DNA of 64,000 nt from NCBI GenBank assembly GCA_963668675.2, contig CAXXMB010000002.1:224001-288000 (forward strand), in the 5' to 3' direction. Shown piece after piece: positions 28,419 through 38,012 of this stretch (position 1 is the first letter of the stretch; each line of letters opens with the position of its first letter). Position numbers and translations under genes: made by a program. The stretch is from an uncultured Desulfatitalea sp. (GTDB taxonomy: Bacteria > Desulfobacterota > Desulfobacteria > Desulfobacterales > Desulfosarcinaceae). The notes below the pieces were generated by a model. The model did not search any database and had not been told where the DNA came from. It was given only the letters and a program-made list of their open reading frames with translations.

Positions 28419-29510
28419 ATGCCCGGTCCAGCAGCTCGAATCGGAGATCCCACAGCCCATGGCGGGACCATAACCGGCCCAGGATGCCCCACCGTACTGA
28501 TCGGCGGCATGCCGGCGGCCCGCGTCGGTCCGGACATGCACGTCTGTCCCATGGTGACACCCGCCCCGACGCCGGTACCCCATGTGGGCGGCCCCATCAG
28601 CGGGCCGGGAGTCGCCACCGTGCTGATCGGAGGCATGCCGGCGGCCACTTTAGGGGACATGGCTGTGTGCACCGGCCCGCCCAGCACCATTATCATGGGA
28701 TGTCCCACCGTACTCATCGGCACCGGTGGCGGCGGTGGCGGCGGTGGAGGGGGCGGCGGTGTCCCGGCGGTGGCAAGTGCAAGCGCCCTCTCTGCCATAT
28801 CAGCCGAACCCGGCCCCGAAGCGCAAGGCCCCCACTGGTTCGAGTGCCAGTTCGTCGATTCCGCCCAGAAGCCGATTACAGAGGTGCGCTATGAAGTGAC
28901 CGATCCCAGCGACCGCACCGAAAAAGGGATTCTAACCGGCGAAGGCACCATTCGCCGCGGCGGGTTGCCCGATGCCGGGGAGTACAAGATCCAGCTCTTT
29001 GCCGTTTACAATGCCCAGTGGTCCAAGCAGGAGGCCCGCGTCGGGGACCTGATCGATCTCTCGGCCGAAACCGCAGGGTACGCCGACGGAACAGAGGCTC
29101 GCATCGAAATATGGGAAAGGGATATCGACGGCGCCGATGAACTGGCTGCAGAGTTGCAGGCCACCGTCAAAGGCGGGAAAATCAATGCCCAATGGGAGTA
29201 CCAATACAGGGAAGAGCGGGAGGTCTCCTCGGAGCAACAGGGTCCCGAGGGCTATTCCGATCCCGAGCACTACTTCATCGTCCATGTGACCGACGACAAG
29301 ACCCGTTCGGGACAGCTCAAACACCAAGACTATATCGAAATCGAACTGAAAGACCAGGACGACAACCCCATTTCGGATGAGAAGTACATCCTTCATCTGC
29401 CCAACGGTGAAGTGCGCAAAGGTAACCTGAACAGCAACGGCTACAAAAAGGAAGAGAAGCTGCCCCCTGGCAAATACGACATCGAATTCCCCAAATTAAA
29501 GGATGAGTGA
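28419..29510 (+). CDS. PAAR protein with a poly-Gly linker and C-terminal Ig/transthyretin-like extension
   Basis: PAARIGD, PAARVG.D, PAATLGD; a 12-Gly run; beta-rich extension. Confidence 0.92.
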   Translation: MPGPAARIGDPTAHGGTITGPGCPTVLIGGMPAARVGPDMHVCPMVTPAPTPVPHVGGPISGPGVATVLIGGMPAATLGDMAVCTGPPSTIIMGCPTVLIGTGGGGGGGGGGGGVPAVASASALSAISAEPGPEAQGPHWFECQFVDSAQKPITEVRYEVTDPSDRTEKGILTGEGTIRRGGLPDAGEYKIQLFAVYNAQWSKQEARVGDLIDLSAETAGYADGTEARIEIWERDIDGADELAAELQATVKGGKINAQWEYQYREEREVSSEQQGPEGYSDPEHYFIVHVTDDKTRSGQLKHQDYIEIELKDQDDNPISDEKYILHLPNGEVRKGNLNSNGYKKEEKLPPGKYDIEFPKLKDE

Positions 29511-32500
29511 CGATTTGGGCAAACTGGTTTCCAAACGGGTCAAATTCTACGAAAAGCTTCAGTCGGGACAAAAGCAGACCTTTGTCAAGGCACAGCAGAA
29601 ATTCTACCTGCACCTGAAGATGACCGACCCCAAGCAGCCTCGCCGGCTGATCAACCTGCCTGCAGGTATCCGGGTCCGACTGATGGCCAACGACGCCTCC
29701 CTTGCCAACAGCGGCGCATCCGCCGAGACGGACGCCCAGGGCAAGGTGTGCCTGGCGCCGGACGCCATCACTGCCAAACTGAAGCCCGATTACCACTTCC
29801 GCATCGACCTCGACGAGCGCACATACATCGATGTCGACACGCTCAAACTGGCTCCCAGCAAAAAAATCAAGCGCTTCGACCAGCGCAAACTGTTCGAGCT
29901 GCCCATGGTGGTCGATACGGCCACAGGCGGATTTCACTATGACAGCAACAAGGTGAAGCTCGTCGACGGCAAGTTCAAAAACTACGATTCGAAGAAGAAG
30001 GGCGAAGGCAAGGCCGGCGATCCGCTCGTTCTCGAGCTTCGGTTTTACTGGTACTTCATGAAGTTCACCTACTTCGACCGGATTAAAAACGAGTGGCGCG
30101 ACGTTCCGGCCGAAATGCCGGTGGTTCCAAGGCTCGACGAGAACGACGACTACCTCAACAAATATATCCTGAAAGACTTCCTTGAGTTGGGCTACGTGCT
30201 GGACAGCGAGCCGAAGAAGATTCAGCACTATCTCAATCTGCTTGGCTTTCAGTGCGGTACGGTGGACGGCATCATCGGCCCCAAAACCAGGGCAGGGATC
30301 AAAGCGTTTCAAAAACAGTACGAACTGAAGATCGACGGCATTGCCGGCCCGATCACCCAAAGAACGCTGGAGCAGATCTTCTACCGCCGCAATATCGGGG
30401 TGTACGAAAACGGCCGTTACGCCGTGCCTGTCTGGAAAAAGGGCCTCGCCCTGCCCAAGCCCTACTTCGAGATGGCGCAGCCGGCGCAAATCTGCGCACC
30501 GGCCCTCCAGCTCGTCTCCAGCCGGGAAGCGGCACGTTTCGATCTCTTTCTCTATACGAAAGAGAAGAGCGCCAACCCAATCGTGGTCCCCCGCGAACAG
30601 ATCGCCGAAGACAATAAAAACGTGGCTTACGACAAACTCGACCACACCAAGGCGCGCCTCTATTATGACCTGCCGGTGGAGTGGTCGTCGCGCAACTACT
30701 GGACCCGCTACGACAACAGCATGGACAAGGGCGAACGCTACCAGAAGGTGATGACGGAGAAGGTCAAACTCTACCCGTTCGTCGCCAGTGAAGCCAAGCG
30801 TGCCAAGCCGGTGGTGCCGCTGATCTTCTCCCTGGACGACATCGTCCTGGCGAAAACCGACCGGGATCAGACGATCACCGACCAGGCCGCCGACGGTGCG
30901 TCCAAGGCCCTGGACGACAAGTCGAGATTCGCGCTCTTCTACGTGGATCACGACACCAAAGAGACCGTCGAAGGGAAGCAGAAGAACATGCGGCGGATGA
31001 AAATCCACAAACCGGAGACCGCCCAGCCGGTCTTCACCGATTTCGCCTTTAAATCCAATCTGATCACCGACGTGGCCGGCCACAGTCGGGTGGTTGCCTT
31101 TTGCAGCGGCTTTCACGATGTGACCAACAAGCGGTCCAGCCGCTCCGACCAGGGGTTCAGTTGGGCCAAACAGCATGTGGCCGGAGCGCGCCTGGCCGTT
31201 TTGAACGATCCGGACGTCCATGTCCGCAAGACCGTCAACGCCGGCACGGCCGACGACATCAACAAGGCCTTCGCCCTCAACAATTGCGGCAACTACGAAC
31301 TGCACTACCTTCACAACTGCGCAGAGCTGGACGGTAAAACGTTATCCTATCTCTTTATCTACTGGTCGTGCCGTTTCGAATCCAAAAACAAAGACCCGTG
31401 GAACCGGCCGGTCACACCGGGCGGACAGGCCGGGATCGACAACCACCGCAAAGAGGGCATGGTCAACGCCATGGAGCGGCTGAACAAGAACTATCTCATC
31501 GAAAAGCACAGCGGCGACACCGATATCTTCATTCGGCCCTTCCACTACATGGAGGCCAAGAGCGATGCCAACGGCGGCCGTCACAAGGCGATGGTCAATA
31601 TCGTCGGCAACGGCGGCCCCAATGGGGGCGCCTGGATGACGTTGAACAACGCCCAGCTCCGGCTGAGGGACTACCAGAGCGACCCTCACTACTTCGGCAA
31701 CCCGGACCCTGGAAACAACCTCCAGGACGCCGACGGGAAGAGCTACCAGGTCCTGACCAACCACCATGAGATGGGCCACGCCACCGGCAACTGGGATGAT
31801 TATCTTTACGATTGTGAGGATCTGGGCAAAAGCTGGCCGAATCTCCCCAGGTACAGCCAGACCTATACGGCCGAGGGGGGGCCCTACAGCGAAGACAAAC
31901 TCTCCCGGATGAACAACAACCGCATATCGCGGCTGCGCAACTTCTGGAAATTTGTCTGCTGGCTCAACGACGAGGCCAAAACCGGCCGCGATCTGCACGC
32001 CCTGCTGAAGCAGACCCGGTTCAAGATCACCTTCCAGGGCACCTCCCATAAGCATGAATTCGAAATTGCCGAAAAGTATCGCAATGTGGCCAAGGCGGCC
32101 AAAAGCGGCTACGCAAAGACAATAAAGGGTCACGCCAAGGCCGACCTGCTGCTCTATAAGCTGGGCGATGACGAATACTCCCGCCTGGCCGTCGCCGGCC
32201 AGGTGTTCAACGGTATCCTGGTGGTCAAAACGAAAATCGCCGCCAACTTCGTCAATTCGGGGCCCACCAACTGGACTGTCAACAACGCGGTCAGCTGGGG
32301 CCAGCAACTGAACAACCAGATTAAAAACGACCTGAACAACAAATTTCGCATCAGCACCGCAGCCAACAACGACTTTAAAAACATACTGCTGCTTTTCGTA
32401 CCGGCCTACAACATGCTCACAACAGCCGCACCGGCCGGTTTTCACATCAATTGCCGGGTAAACAGCCGCACCGGGCGAAATCCCTCACCGGCCTGCCAGC

Positions 32501-32685
32501 AGCACGCCACCGATAAAAACAGGCTCGATCTGGACCGCGATGCCACCATACGAAGAGCGATGCGGTTCTGCTTCGGCGAGACGACGGGCACAGGGGCACT
32601 GGACAAGAGCCAATTTTCGAAGATCGTCGACTGGGTCAAAACAGAGTGCAGTGATAATGGCTATGCAATTCATGATGATTTATAA
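29503..32685 (+). CDS. Putative T6SS effector: peptidoglycan-binding domain plus HEXXH zinc metallopeptidase
   Basis: IQHYLNLLGF..G.VDGIIGPKTRAGIKAFQ...LKIDGIAGPIT; HHEMGHATGNWDDY (31762-31803). No signal peptide; overlaps the PAAR stop. Confidence 0.75.
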   Translation: MSDDLGKLVSKRVKFYEKLQSGQKQTFVKAQQKFYLHLKMTDPKQPRRLINLPAGIRVRLMANDASLANSGASAETDAQGKVCLAPDAITAKLKPDYHFRIDLDERTYIDVDTLKLAPSKKIKRFDQRKLFELPMVVDTATGGFHYDSNKVKLVDGKFKNYDSKKKGEGKAGDPLVLELRFYWYFMKFTYFDRIKNEWRDVPAEMPVVPRLDENDDYLNKYILKDFLELGYVLDSEPKKIQHYLNLLGFQCGTVDGIIGPKTRAGIKAFQKQYELKIDGIAGPITQRTLEQIFYRRNIGVYENGRYAVPVWKKGLALPKPYFEMAQPAQICAPALQLVSSREAARFDLFLYTKEKSANPIVVPREQIAEDNKNVAYDKLDHTKARLYYDLPVEWSSRNYWTRYDNSMDKGERYQKVMTEKVKLYPFVASEAKRAKPVVPLIFSLDDIVLAKTDRDQTITDQAADGASKALDDKSRFALFYVDHDTKETVEGKQKNMRRMKIHKPETAQPVFTDFAFKSNLITDVAGHSRVVAFCSGFHDVTNKRSSRSDQGFSWAKQHVAGARLAVLNDPDVHVRKTVNAGTADDINKAFALNNCGNYELHYLHNCAELDGKTLSYLFIYWSCRFESKNKDPWNRPVTPGGQAGIDNHRKEGMVNAMERLNKNYLIEKHSGDTDIFIRPFHYMEAKSDANGGRHKAMVNIVGNGGPNGGAWMTLNNAQLRLRDYQSDPHYFGNPDPGNNLQDADGKSYQVLTNHHEMGHATGNWDDYLYDCEDLGKSWPNLPRYSQTYTAEGGPYSEDKLSRMNNNRISRLRNFWKFVCWLNDEAKTGRDLHALLKQTRFKITFQGTSHKHEFEIAEKYRNVAKAAKSGYAKTIKGHAKADLLLYKLGDDEYSRLAVAGQVFNGILVVKTKIAANFVNSGPTNWTVNNAVSWGQQLNNQIKNDLNNKFRISTAANNDFKNILLLFVPAYNMLTTAAPAGFHINCRVNSRTGRNPSPACQQHATDKNRLDLDRDATIRRAMRFCFGETTGTGALDKSQFSKIVDWVKTECSDNGYAIHDDL

Positions 32686-32730
32686 AATCGCGTCAATCAT
32701 CGAGAGAAAAACGACGGCAACTGATCAAAG

Positions 32731-33849
32731 ATGACACGATACTACTCCCAATATTATGCCGACGCCGGCCATACCGGCTCTCTCGATGTGGACGCCTCCA
32801 CTGCGCTGACGCCAGTGTGGGAAACGAAAATCGAGGCAGATGAATCGACACACCCTGCTGCGCGTCTGCTGATCACCACAGACACTGAGCTGCTTGTGGA
32901 TGGCACGGATGCCGTCCACGCTTTGAGTGCCGGCGGCGAGTTGTTGTGGGCACGCCCCAAGTGGCCTTCCAGCCCTGTGGTTTACAAGAACGGGTTGATC
33001 TGTTTTGCGATACAGGAGCGCAAAGATCGGGTCATGGTCATCGATCTGAACAACTCGGTGCAGATCGAGGAGATCGTCTTTCCGGAACATGTGGACGGCG
33101 CCTACGCCATGCTGTTCGAGCCCACCTCCGAAGGGATCGTGGCCCAGATCCAATACGCCAACATACCTGAAATGCGTACAGCCAACTTCATTGTATACTG
33201 TGCGGATGCAGACAGTTACGGATACAAATGGGCCCGGCGATACGAGGACCAATACAGTGCGCTGGTCCCGGCCATCAGTGCGGCCGACAACTTGATCGTC
33301 ACCGCCAGTGCCGAAGAGATTCTCTGTTTCGACCTGATGGCCAGCGACCCGGAACCCGAACCCCGGCACACATTTCCGATCCCCTGGAAGGGAAACGCCA
33401 CCTGGATGAGCTGTGCACCGGACGGCTTGCTTCACTTCGCCGGGTTTGCCAATGGGCGAGCCCGGGCTGCCGCCATCCATGCGGAAGGAACAGACGCGAA
33501 CGAGTGGATTTCCGAAGCGCGACCCGGCATGCAGATGGCGCCCATTGCCCCGCCGATCATCGGGACGGACCTTGTCTATGTGTTGTCCAGGGGCGCCCTT
33601 TCAGCCCTGGCGCACCATCGACTGGCATGGATGTATCGCCCCCGGCAAAACGAATTTTCATACGCAACAGCGCTGGCCGATGGCGGGCTACTGGCAGTGG
33701 AGGCCCCCAATCTGCTCCACCGCATCGATCGCAGCGGGCAAGCGACAGCCGTCGTTGAAGTTTCCCAAACCATCACCGCGCCACCGGTCGCCACTCCTGA
33801 AGGCCATGTCGTGGTCGGCGCAGGGGAGATGATTTATGCATTTAATTGA
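32731..33849 (+). CDS. PQQ-like beta-propeller protein
   Basis: Repeated blades (VHALSAGGELLW, SSPVV, APPII, APPVA...IYAF); no signal peptide. Confidence 0.65.
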   Translation: MTRYYSQYYADAGHTGSLDVDASTALTPVWETKIEADESTHPAARLLITTDTELLVDGTDAVHALSAGGELLWARPKWPSSPVVYKNGLICFAIQERKDRVMVIDLNNSVQIEEIVFPEHVDGAYAMLFEPTSEGIVAQIQYANIPEMRTANFIVYCADADSYGYKWARRYEDQYSALVPAISAADNLIVTASAEEILCFDLMASDPEPEPRHTFPIPWKGNATWMSCAPDGLLHFAGFANGRARAAAIHAEGTDANEWISEARPGMQMAPIAPPIIGTDLVYVLSRGALSALAHHRLAWMYRPRQNEFSYATALADGGLLAVEAPNLLHRIDRSGQATAVVEVSQTITAPPVATPEGHVVVGAGEMIYAFN

Positions 33850-34339
33850 TCGCTTGAAGCCTCTCTGGCGATTGGGGCTGATGGCACTGTTTTGGGGAGG
33901 TCTCATGAACGCATGTGCACAGGCCGGGAACGTGCCGGACCAATTTCACTTCTCTTTCGGTACCGAATATGTGGTGGAGAAGTCGGACCGAACCACCACC
34001 ATCACATATCAACAGGCATGGGGCGACGCACAGCGCTCGCCTGAACTCGGGGCCGGGCCGGAAGTGAAAAAGATCCAGCTGACAGAGGGAACGACCCAAA
34101 AGATCTGGCGCGCCATCGCATCGATCGACTTTGCCCCATACAAGCAATTGAAGTCGGACGATTTCGAACCGACGCCACCGGATATGCGCCACACGGAGAG
34201 CCTTAAGCTGGTAGTGGACGGAAAGACCATTGTCGCTTGGTCAGAGGGGTATAAATTCCTCAAACCGGACCTGCGACGCCCACTGGCCGAAATTGAGGAC
34301 ACCATACGGGAGGCATACGAGGAATCCGTTTCCAAGTAA
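33836..34339 (+). CDS. Exported protein or lipoprotein, putative immunity
   Basis: Signal peptide with LMNAC; lies downstream of the effector. Confidence 0.6.
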   Translation: MHLIDRLKPLWRLGLMALFWGGLMNACAQAGNVPDQFHFSFGTEYVVEKSDRTTTITYQQAWGDAQRSPELGAGPEVKKIQLTEGTTQKIWRAIASIDFAPYKQLKSDDFEPTPPDMRHTESLKLVVDGKTIVAWSEGYKFLKPDLRRPLAEIEDTIREAYEESVSK

Positions 34340-34371
34340 ACGGTGGATTATTCTTATAACCTGTCAATCAA

Positions 34372-34863
34372 ATGGGTAAAGCAATCATGGGATTGTTAAG
34401 CCAAACCAAACCGGGCGCAAATTCGCGACACCTGCTCAACAACCGTTTCGGACTCGACCTGCCTGCGGACTGGGACGACCAGAGCGTCTACCGCTTCCAG
34501 GGGCCGATGGAGGACGGCACGTTGCACCATATCACCGTCACCATCGAGCACGGTGTGGACGCACAGGATGTGGCGGCATTTGCCCGTCGCCAGATCAAGG
34601 CCCTGGAAAATGAAATGCAGGGATACCACGAACTGAAAAGCGGACCGATTGAGTTGGCCGACCACAGGCCGGCCTACGATCTGGTTTTCAAATGGTGCCC
34701 CATTCCCGATCGCGAAATCTACCAACGCATGGTCTGGACACTGGGCGAAAAGAGCGCCTATCTGCTGACGGCCTCATTTTCCAAAAAGACATGGAAGCTT
34801 TGGGCCGACCGGGTGGACCGCATTATTCGCAGCTTCACCGTCGCCAATGAGAAAGCGACCTGA
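34372..34863 (+). CDS. DcrB/DUF1795 (PsbP-fold, Eag-like) chaperone
   Basis: LPADWDDQSVYRF...RQIKAL....GY...YQR...YLLTAS...IIRSF. Confidence 0.75.
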   Translation: MGKAIMGLLSQTKPGANSRHLLNNRFGLDLPADWDDQSVYRFQGPMEDGTLHHITVTIEHGVDAQDVAAFARRQIKALENEMQGYHELKSGPIELADHRPAYDLVFKWCPIPDREIYQRMVWTLGEKSAYLLTASFSKKTWKLWADRVDRIIRSFTVANEKAT

Positions 34864-34883
34864 CATCGGCCCGGAGGAGAACG

Positions 34884-35756
34884 ATGACCGAATACCGCAA
34901 ATCCACCGATACGGCCCACCAGGTGCAACTGACCTCCAAGCTGGTGCACGCCCTATGGGTGAGCCGTGCCGTGTGCGCCGGCGAAAAGGCCCCTTTCGAG
35001 GTGTGGACCCAGTTTGTGGGCAACGGCGCCGACATTCAGGTGACAGCTCAGGACGACAAGGGGAAAACCCTCGGCAAGGTCAAGGGACAGTTGTTCGGCA
35101 ACTACTTTGCAGACGTCATCGACGTGCCGACAAAGGCGGGCGAGTCCATGACCTTTAACGCCAAACTGCCCAAGCACAGCCTCCAGAAGAAGTCGGGCGT
35201 CTGCCAGATACTCCCCCCGGTGCGCATCACCAACCAGAAGTGGGGAGAAAAAGAGGTTCGACGCGGCGACCGGGTCTCCTTGTCCGCCGATGTGGAGAAC
35301 GTGGTCGACGGCCGCGAGGCGCTGATCTTCATCTACGAGCACGATCGTGACGGCGCCCACGACTTCATCACCCGATTTCCCTGCAAGGTGGAAAACGGCA
35401 GGATCGAGGCCGAGTGGTCCTACGCGTACCACGACGACACCGATGAGATCCCCACCGACCCCGAGATGAAAAAGAGCGGCAAGGGCTACAGCGCGCCGAC
35501 CTACTTCTGGGTGGCCGAGTATGGCCGCAAACGGTTCGGCGACAAACAGGAGTCGGGGTTGCTGGAGTTCAAGGACTGGCTCGATCTCGATCTGGTCGAC
35601 AGCACCGGGCGCCCGGTAGCGGATGAGAAATACGAAGTGGAATTTGCCGACGGCAGCAAGAAGAGCGGACGACTCGACAAGAACGGGCAGGCCCAGATTA
35701 AAGATGTCCCGCCGGGCAAGGCGGACATTCGCTATCCGGACCTCTCCCTGGATTAG
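34884..35756 (+). CDS. Stand-alone paralogue of the PAAR C-terminal extension (putative adaptor)
   Basis: NQKW...GD.V.LSA...DG.EA.I.I.E.D.DGA.D and DEKY....G....G.L..NG......PPGK..I..P.L align with 29010-29510. Confidence 0.8.
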   Translation: MTEYRKSTDTAHQVQLTSKLVHALWVSRAVCAGEKAPFEVWTQFVGNGADIQVTAQDDKGKTLGKVKGQLFGNYFADVIDVPTKAGESMTFNAKLPKHSLQKKSGVCQILPPVRITNQKWGEKEVRRGDRVSLSADVENVVDGREALIFIYEHDRDGAHDFITRFPCKVENGRIEAEWSYAYHDDTDEIPTDPEMKKSGKGYSAPTYFWVAEYGRKRFGDKQESGLLEFKDWLDLDLVDSTGRPVADEKYEVEFADGSKKSGRLDKNGQAQIKDVPPGKADIRYPDLSLD

Positions 35757-35769
35757 GGATTAGAAAGCC

Positions 35770-37956
35770 GTGTGCGATAAAGGCGACAAGGATAAATCGG
35801 TCCAGAATCTCATCGATCTATTTGAGAAAAGATCGAAACCACCTGAAAAATCGGGCAAGGTGGTGCAGAGTGTGCTGCCGGAAATCAAGGTGGTGATCGA
35901 TGCGCACATGCATGTGTGCAGTAGCTTCACCATTCCCCTCCCCCTGCTGTGGAACCAGATGCCGGGTATTGTGAGCGGGTTTCGAAGATCGTGGTATGAT
36001 GAGGGCGGCCTGCGTCCGCCTAAAGTCCGCAAGGAGTTTGGAGCGGCGTGGGAAATCTCCAAAAACTCTGAGGATGAGATCGGCAGGATAGCAGTTGCCG
36101 AAAACAACAGCACCTATGAGAACACACCGGATCCGTTCAAGGACCATCAAAACAGCCAGGACACCAAACGGCTCGGCGTCATGGTGGCCATGCCCATGGA
36201 TATGGAGTATGCCCAATACGATGGCTACTCCGGCGAAAAGATCTATCAATCGGCCACGGCCGAGCGTGACGACCTGATCGAACTTCAAAAAGCTTTTCTG
36301 CGCAAGGCCGAGGCGTTGCTCGATCAGCAGGCCCAAGATTTGAATACAACCTTCGGAAGCCTCACGCACATCCTCGGCTTCATCGCTGCCACAGCCCGTC
36401 TGCTCAAGAAAAGTCCAAGCTATAGCAAAAATAACAGTGCGCTGGAAAAAGAGTTCCATCAAAAAGCCAAGGCGATCATAAAAAAGGGTAAAAAAATTGA
36501 TCACCCCACCGTTCAAAAAAACAATCCGGGCTTTGTTCACGAACGGCAGATCAAAATGGAGATGAAACGGGCCGGAGGCGACCATGTCGGGTTTGCCGCG
36601 GTCCTGCTCGGATTGATGCGCGACTACCACCCGGATGCACTAATTGAAGGAGAAAATCTGGATCCGGATCAGCAGATCAACAACGCTATCTTTGAAATGG
36701 ATGAGAGCGTCTCCAAAACACTCTCCGACATGACGGTCAAAGAGGAGGAGACCCGTTTCGCCTTTATGCACAACGCCAGGGCCGATTTAGGATTTGAGAA
36801 AGACAAGCAGCTGAGCAGGTACTTTTACTGGGATAAGCCTGAAAAGGACGCCAAAGGAAATGCGCGCGATCGAAAACGGATTTGGCTGGACAAAGAAGAG
36901 TTCTCGATGTTCGAGATCTGGAAACAGCAGTTCTTCTATACCCGTAAGGCGACGCGTGAAAACCCATGGCAGATCATGCCCTTGTACCACTATGAACCAA
37001 GGCGCTGGATCGACCGGGATGGAAACGAACATTGGCAGAAGCCTTTCGATCAGATTGCATCCACCGGCAAAAACGGTCTCTTTATCGGCTTCAAGATGTA
37101 TACTCGTTTGGGCTACAAGCCCCTGGACCCCAAGCTGCCACGCATGGCGGACTATTACCGGGAGTGTGAAGCGAAAAAAATCCCGGTACTGGTCCACTGC
37201 ACCAGAGGGGGTATGGGCACCCACCATGAAGAGTACTATCTGGAATTCGAACCGGATGAGGGTATTCGTAAAAAGTACACCAAAAAGGGTTTCAAAAAGA
37301 AACAAGGCAAGCTCGACTACTTTGCCGACCACTTTGTCCACCCCGAAGCGTGGCGAGAGGTGCTGAAAAAATTCCCCAAACTCTATCTCTGTCTGGCCCA
37401 TTTCGGCGGGGGGGACACCCAGTGGCAGATCAACCCGGATGAAGATATTGACAAGAACACATGGATCAAAACCATCATCGACTATATGCTGACCTATGAG
37501 AACTTCTACACCGATGTATCCTACGTGTTTCTCGAGGAGAGCATCGATAAGATGGCCCGCGCCATGAAAGCCTATCCCAAAATCATCGAAAAGATCATGT
37601 TCGGAACCGACTGGTACATGACGGAGATCGGGCAACACCGCAACTACAAGGATTTTTGCGTCAACTCACGACTCAGCATCAACGAAATATATGTCGAACT
37701 GGATGCAGCAAAGGCACTGCCGGACCATATCAAGTCCGCAGGCGATTTGTGGGTCCAGCTGGCAGCCGTCAACCCGTTCAACTTTCACCGACTGGATGCC
37801 AATGCCAAACGTTTTCATCAAGCGCTCAAATCGGACAATCACTATTACCAGACGATGCAGGGCCGCGTTGATGACGGCCTCAATTACCTGAAATTCTTTT
37901 ATGAAAACCATCAGCGCAAGGGCTTTTTCACCAAAGGGAACAGCTTCGCCACTTGA
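35770..37956 (+). CDS. Amidohydrolase_2-fold protein with a large insertion, putative effector
   Basis: IDAHMH, GFKMY..LGY, VHC, LCLAHFGG, YTDVSY, MFGTDW. Confidence 0.8.
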   Translation: MCDKGDKDKSVQNLIDLFEKRSKPPEKSGKVVQSVLPEIKVVIDAHMHVCSSFTIPLPLLWNQMPGIVSGFRRSWYDEGGLRPPKVRKEFGAAWEISKNSEDEIGRIAVAENNSTYENTPDPFKDHQNSQDTKRLGVMVAMPMDMEYAQYDGYSGEKIYQSATAERDDLIELQKAFLRKAEALLDQQAQDLNTTFGSLTHILGFIAATARLLKKSPSYSKNNSALEKEFHQKAKAIIKKGKKIDHPTVQKNNPGFVHERQIKMEMKRAGGDHVGFAAVLLGLMRDYHPDALIEGENLDPDQQINNAIFEMDESVSKTLSDMTVKEEETRFAFMHNARADLGFEKDKQLSRYFYWDKPEKDAKGNARDRKRIWLDKEEFSMFEIWKQQFFYTRKATRENPWQIMPLYHYEPRRWIDRDGNEHWQKPFDQIASTGKNGLFIGFKMYTRLGYKPLDPKLPRMADYYRECEAKKIPVLVHCTRGGMGTHHEEYYLEFEPDEGIRKKYTKKGFKKKQGKLDYFADHFVHPEAWREVLKKFPKLYLCLAHFGGGDTQWQINPDEDIDKNTWIKTIIDYMLTYENFYTDVSYVFLEESIDKMARAMKAYPKIIEKIMFGTDWYMTEIGQHRNYKDFCVNSRLSINEIYVELDAAKALPDHIKSAGDLWVQLAAVNPFNFHRLDANAKRFHQALKSDNHYYQTMQGRVDDGLNYLKFFYENHQRKGFFTKGNSFAT

Positions 37957-38012
37957 CCGGCATAGCACATTTGGCCAATGAGCGCTTCATTGCAGAAGGC
38001 GGGTTCTTTAGA

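Noticed and set aside
28394..28798. Poly-proline ORF on the minus strand
   Set aside because: It is the reverse complement of the PAAR gene's poly-Gly linker.
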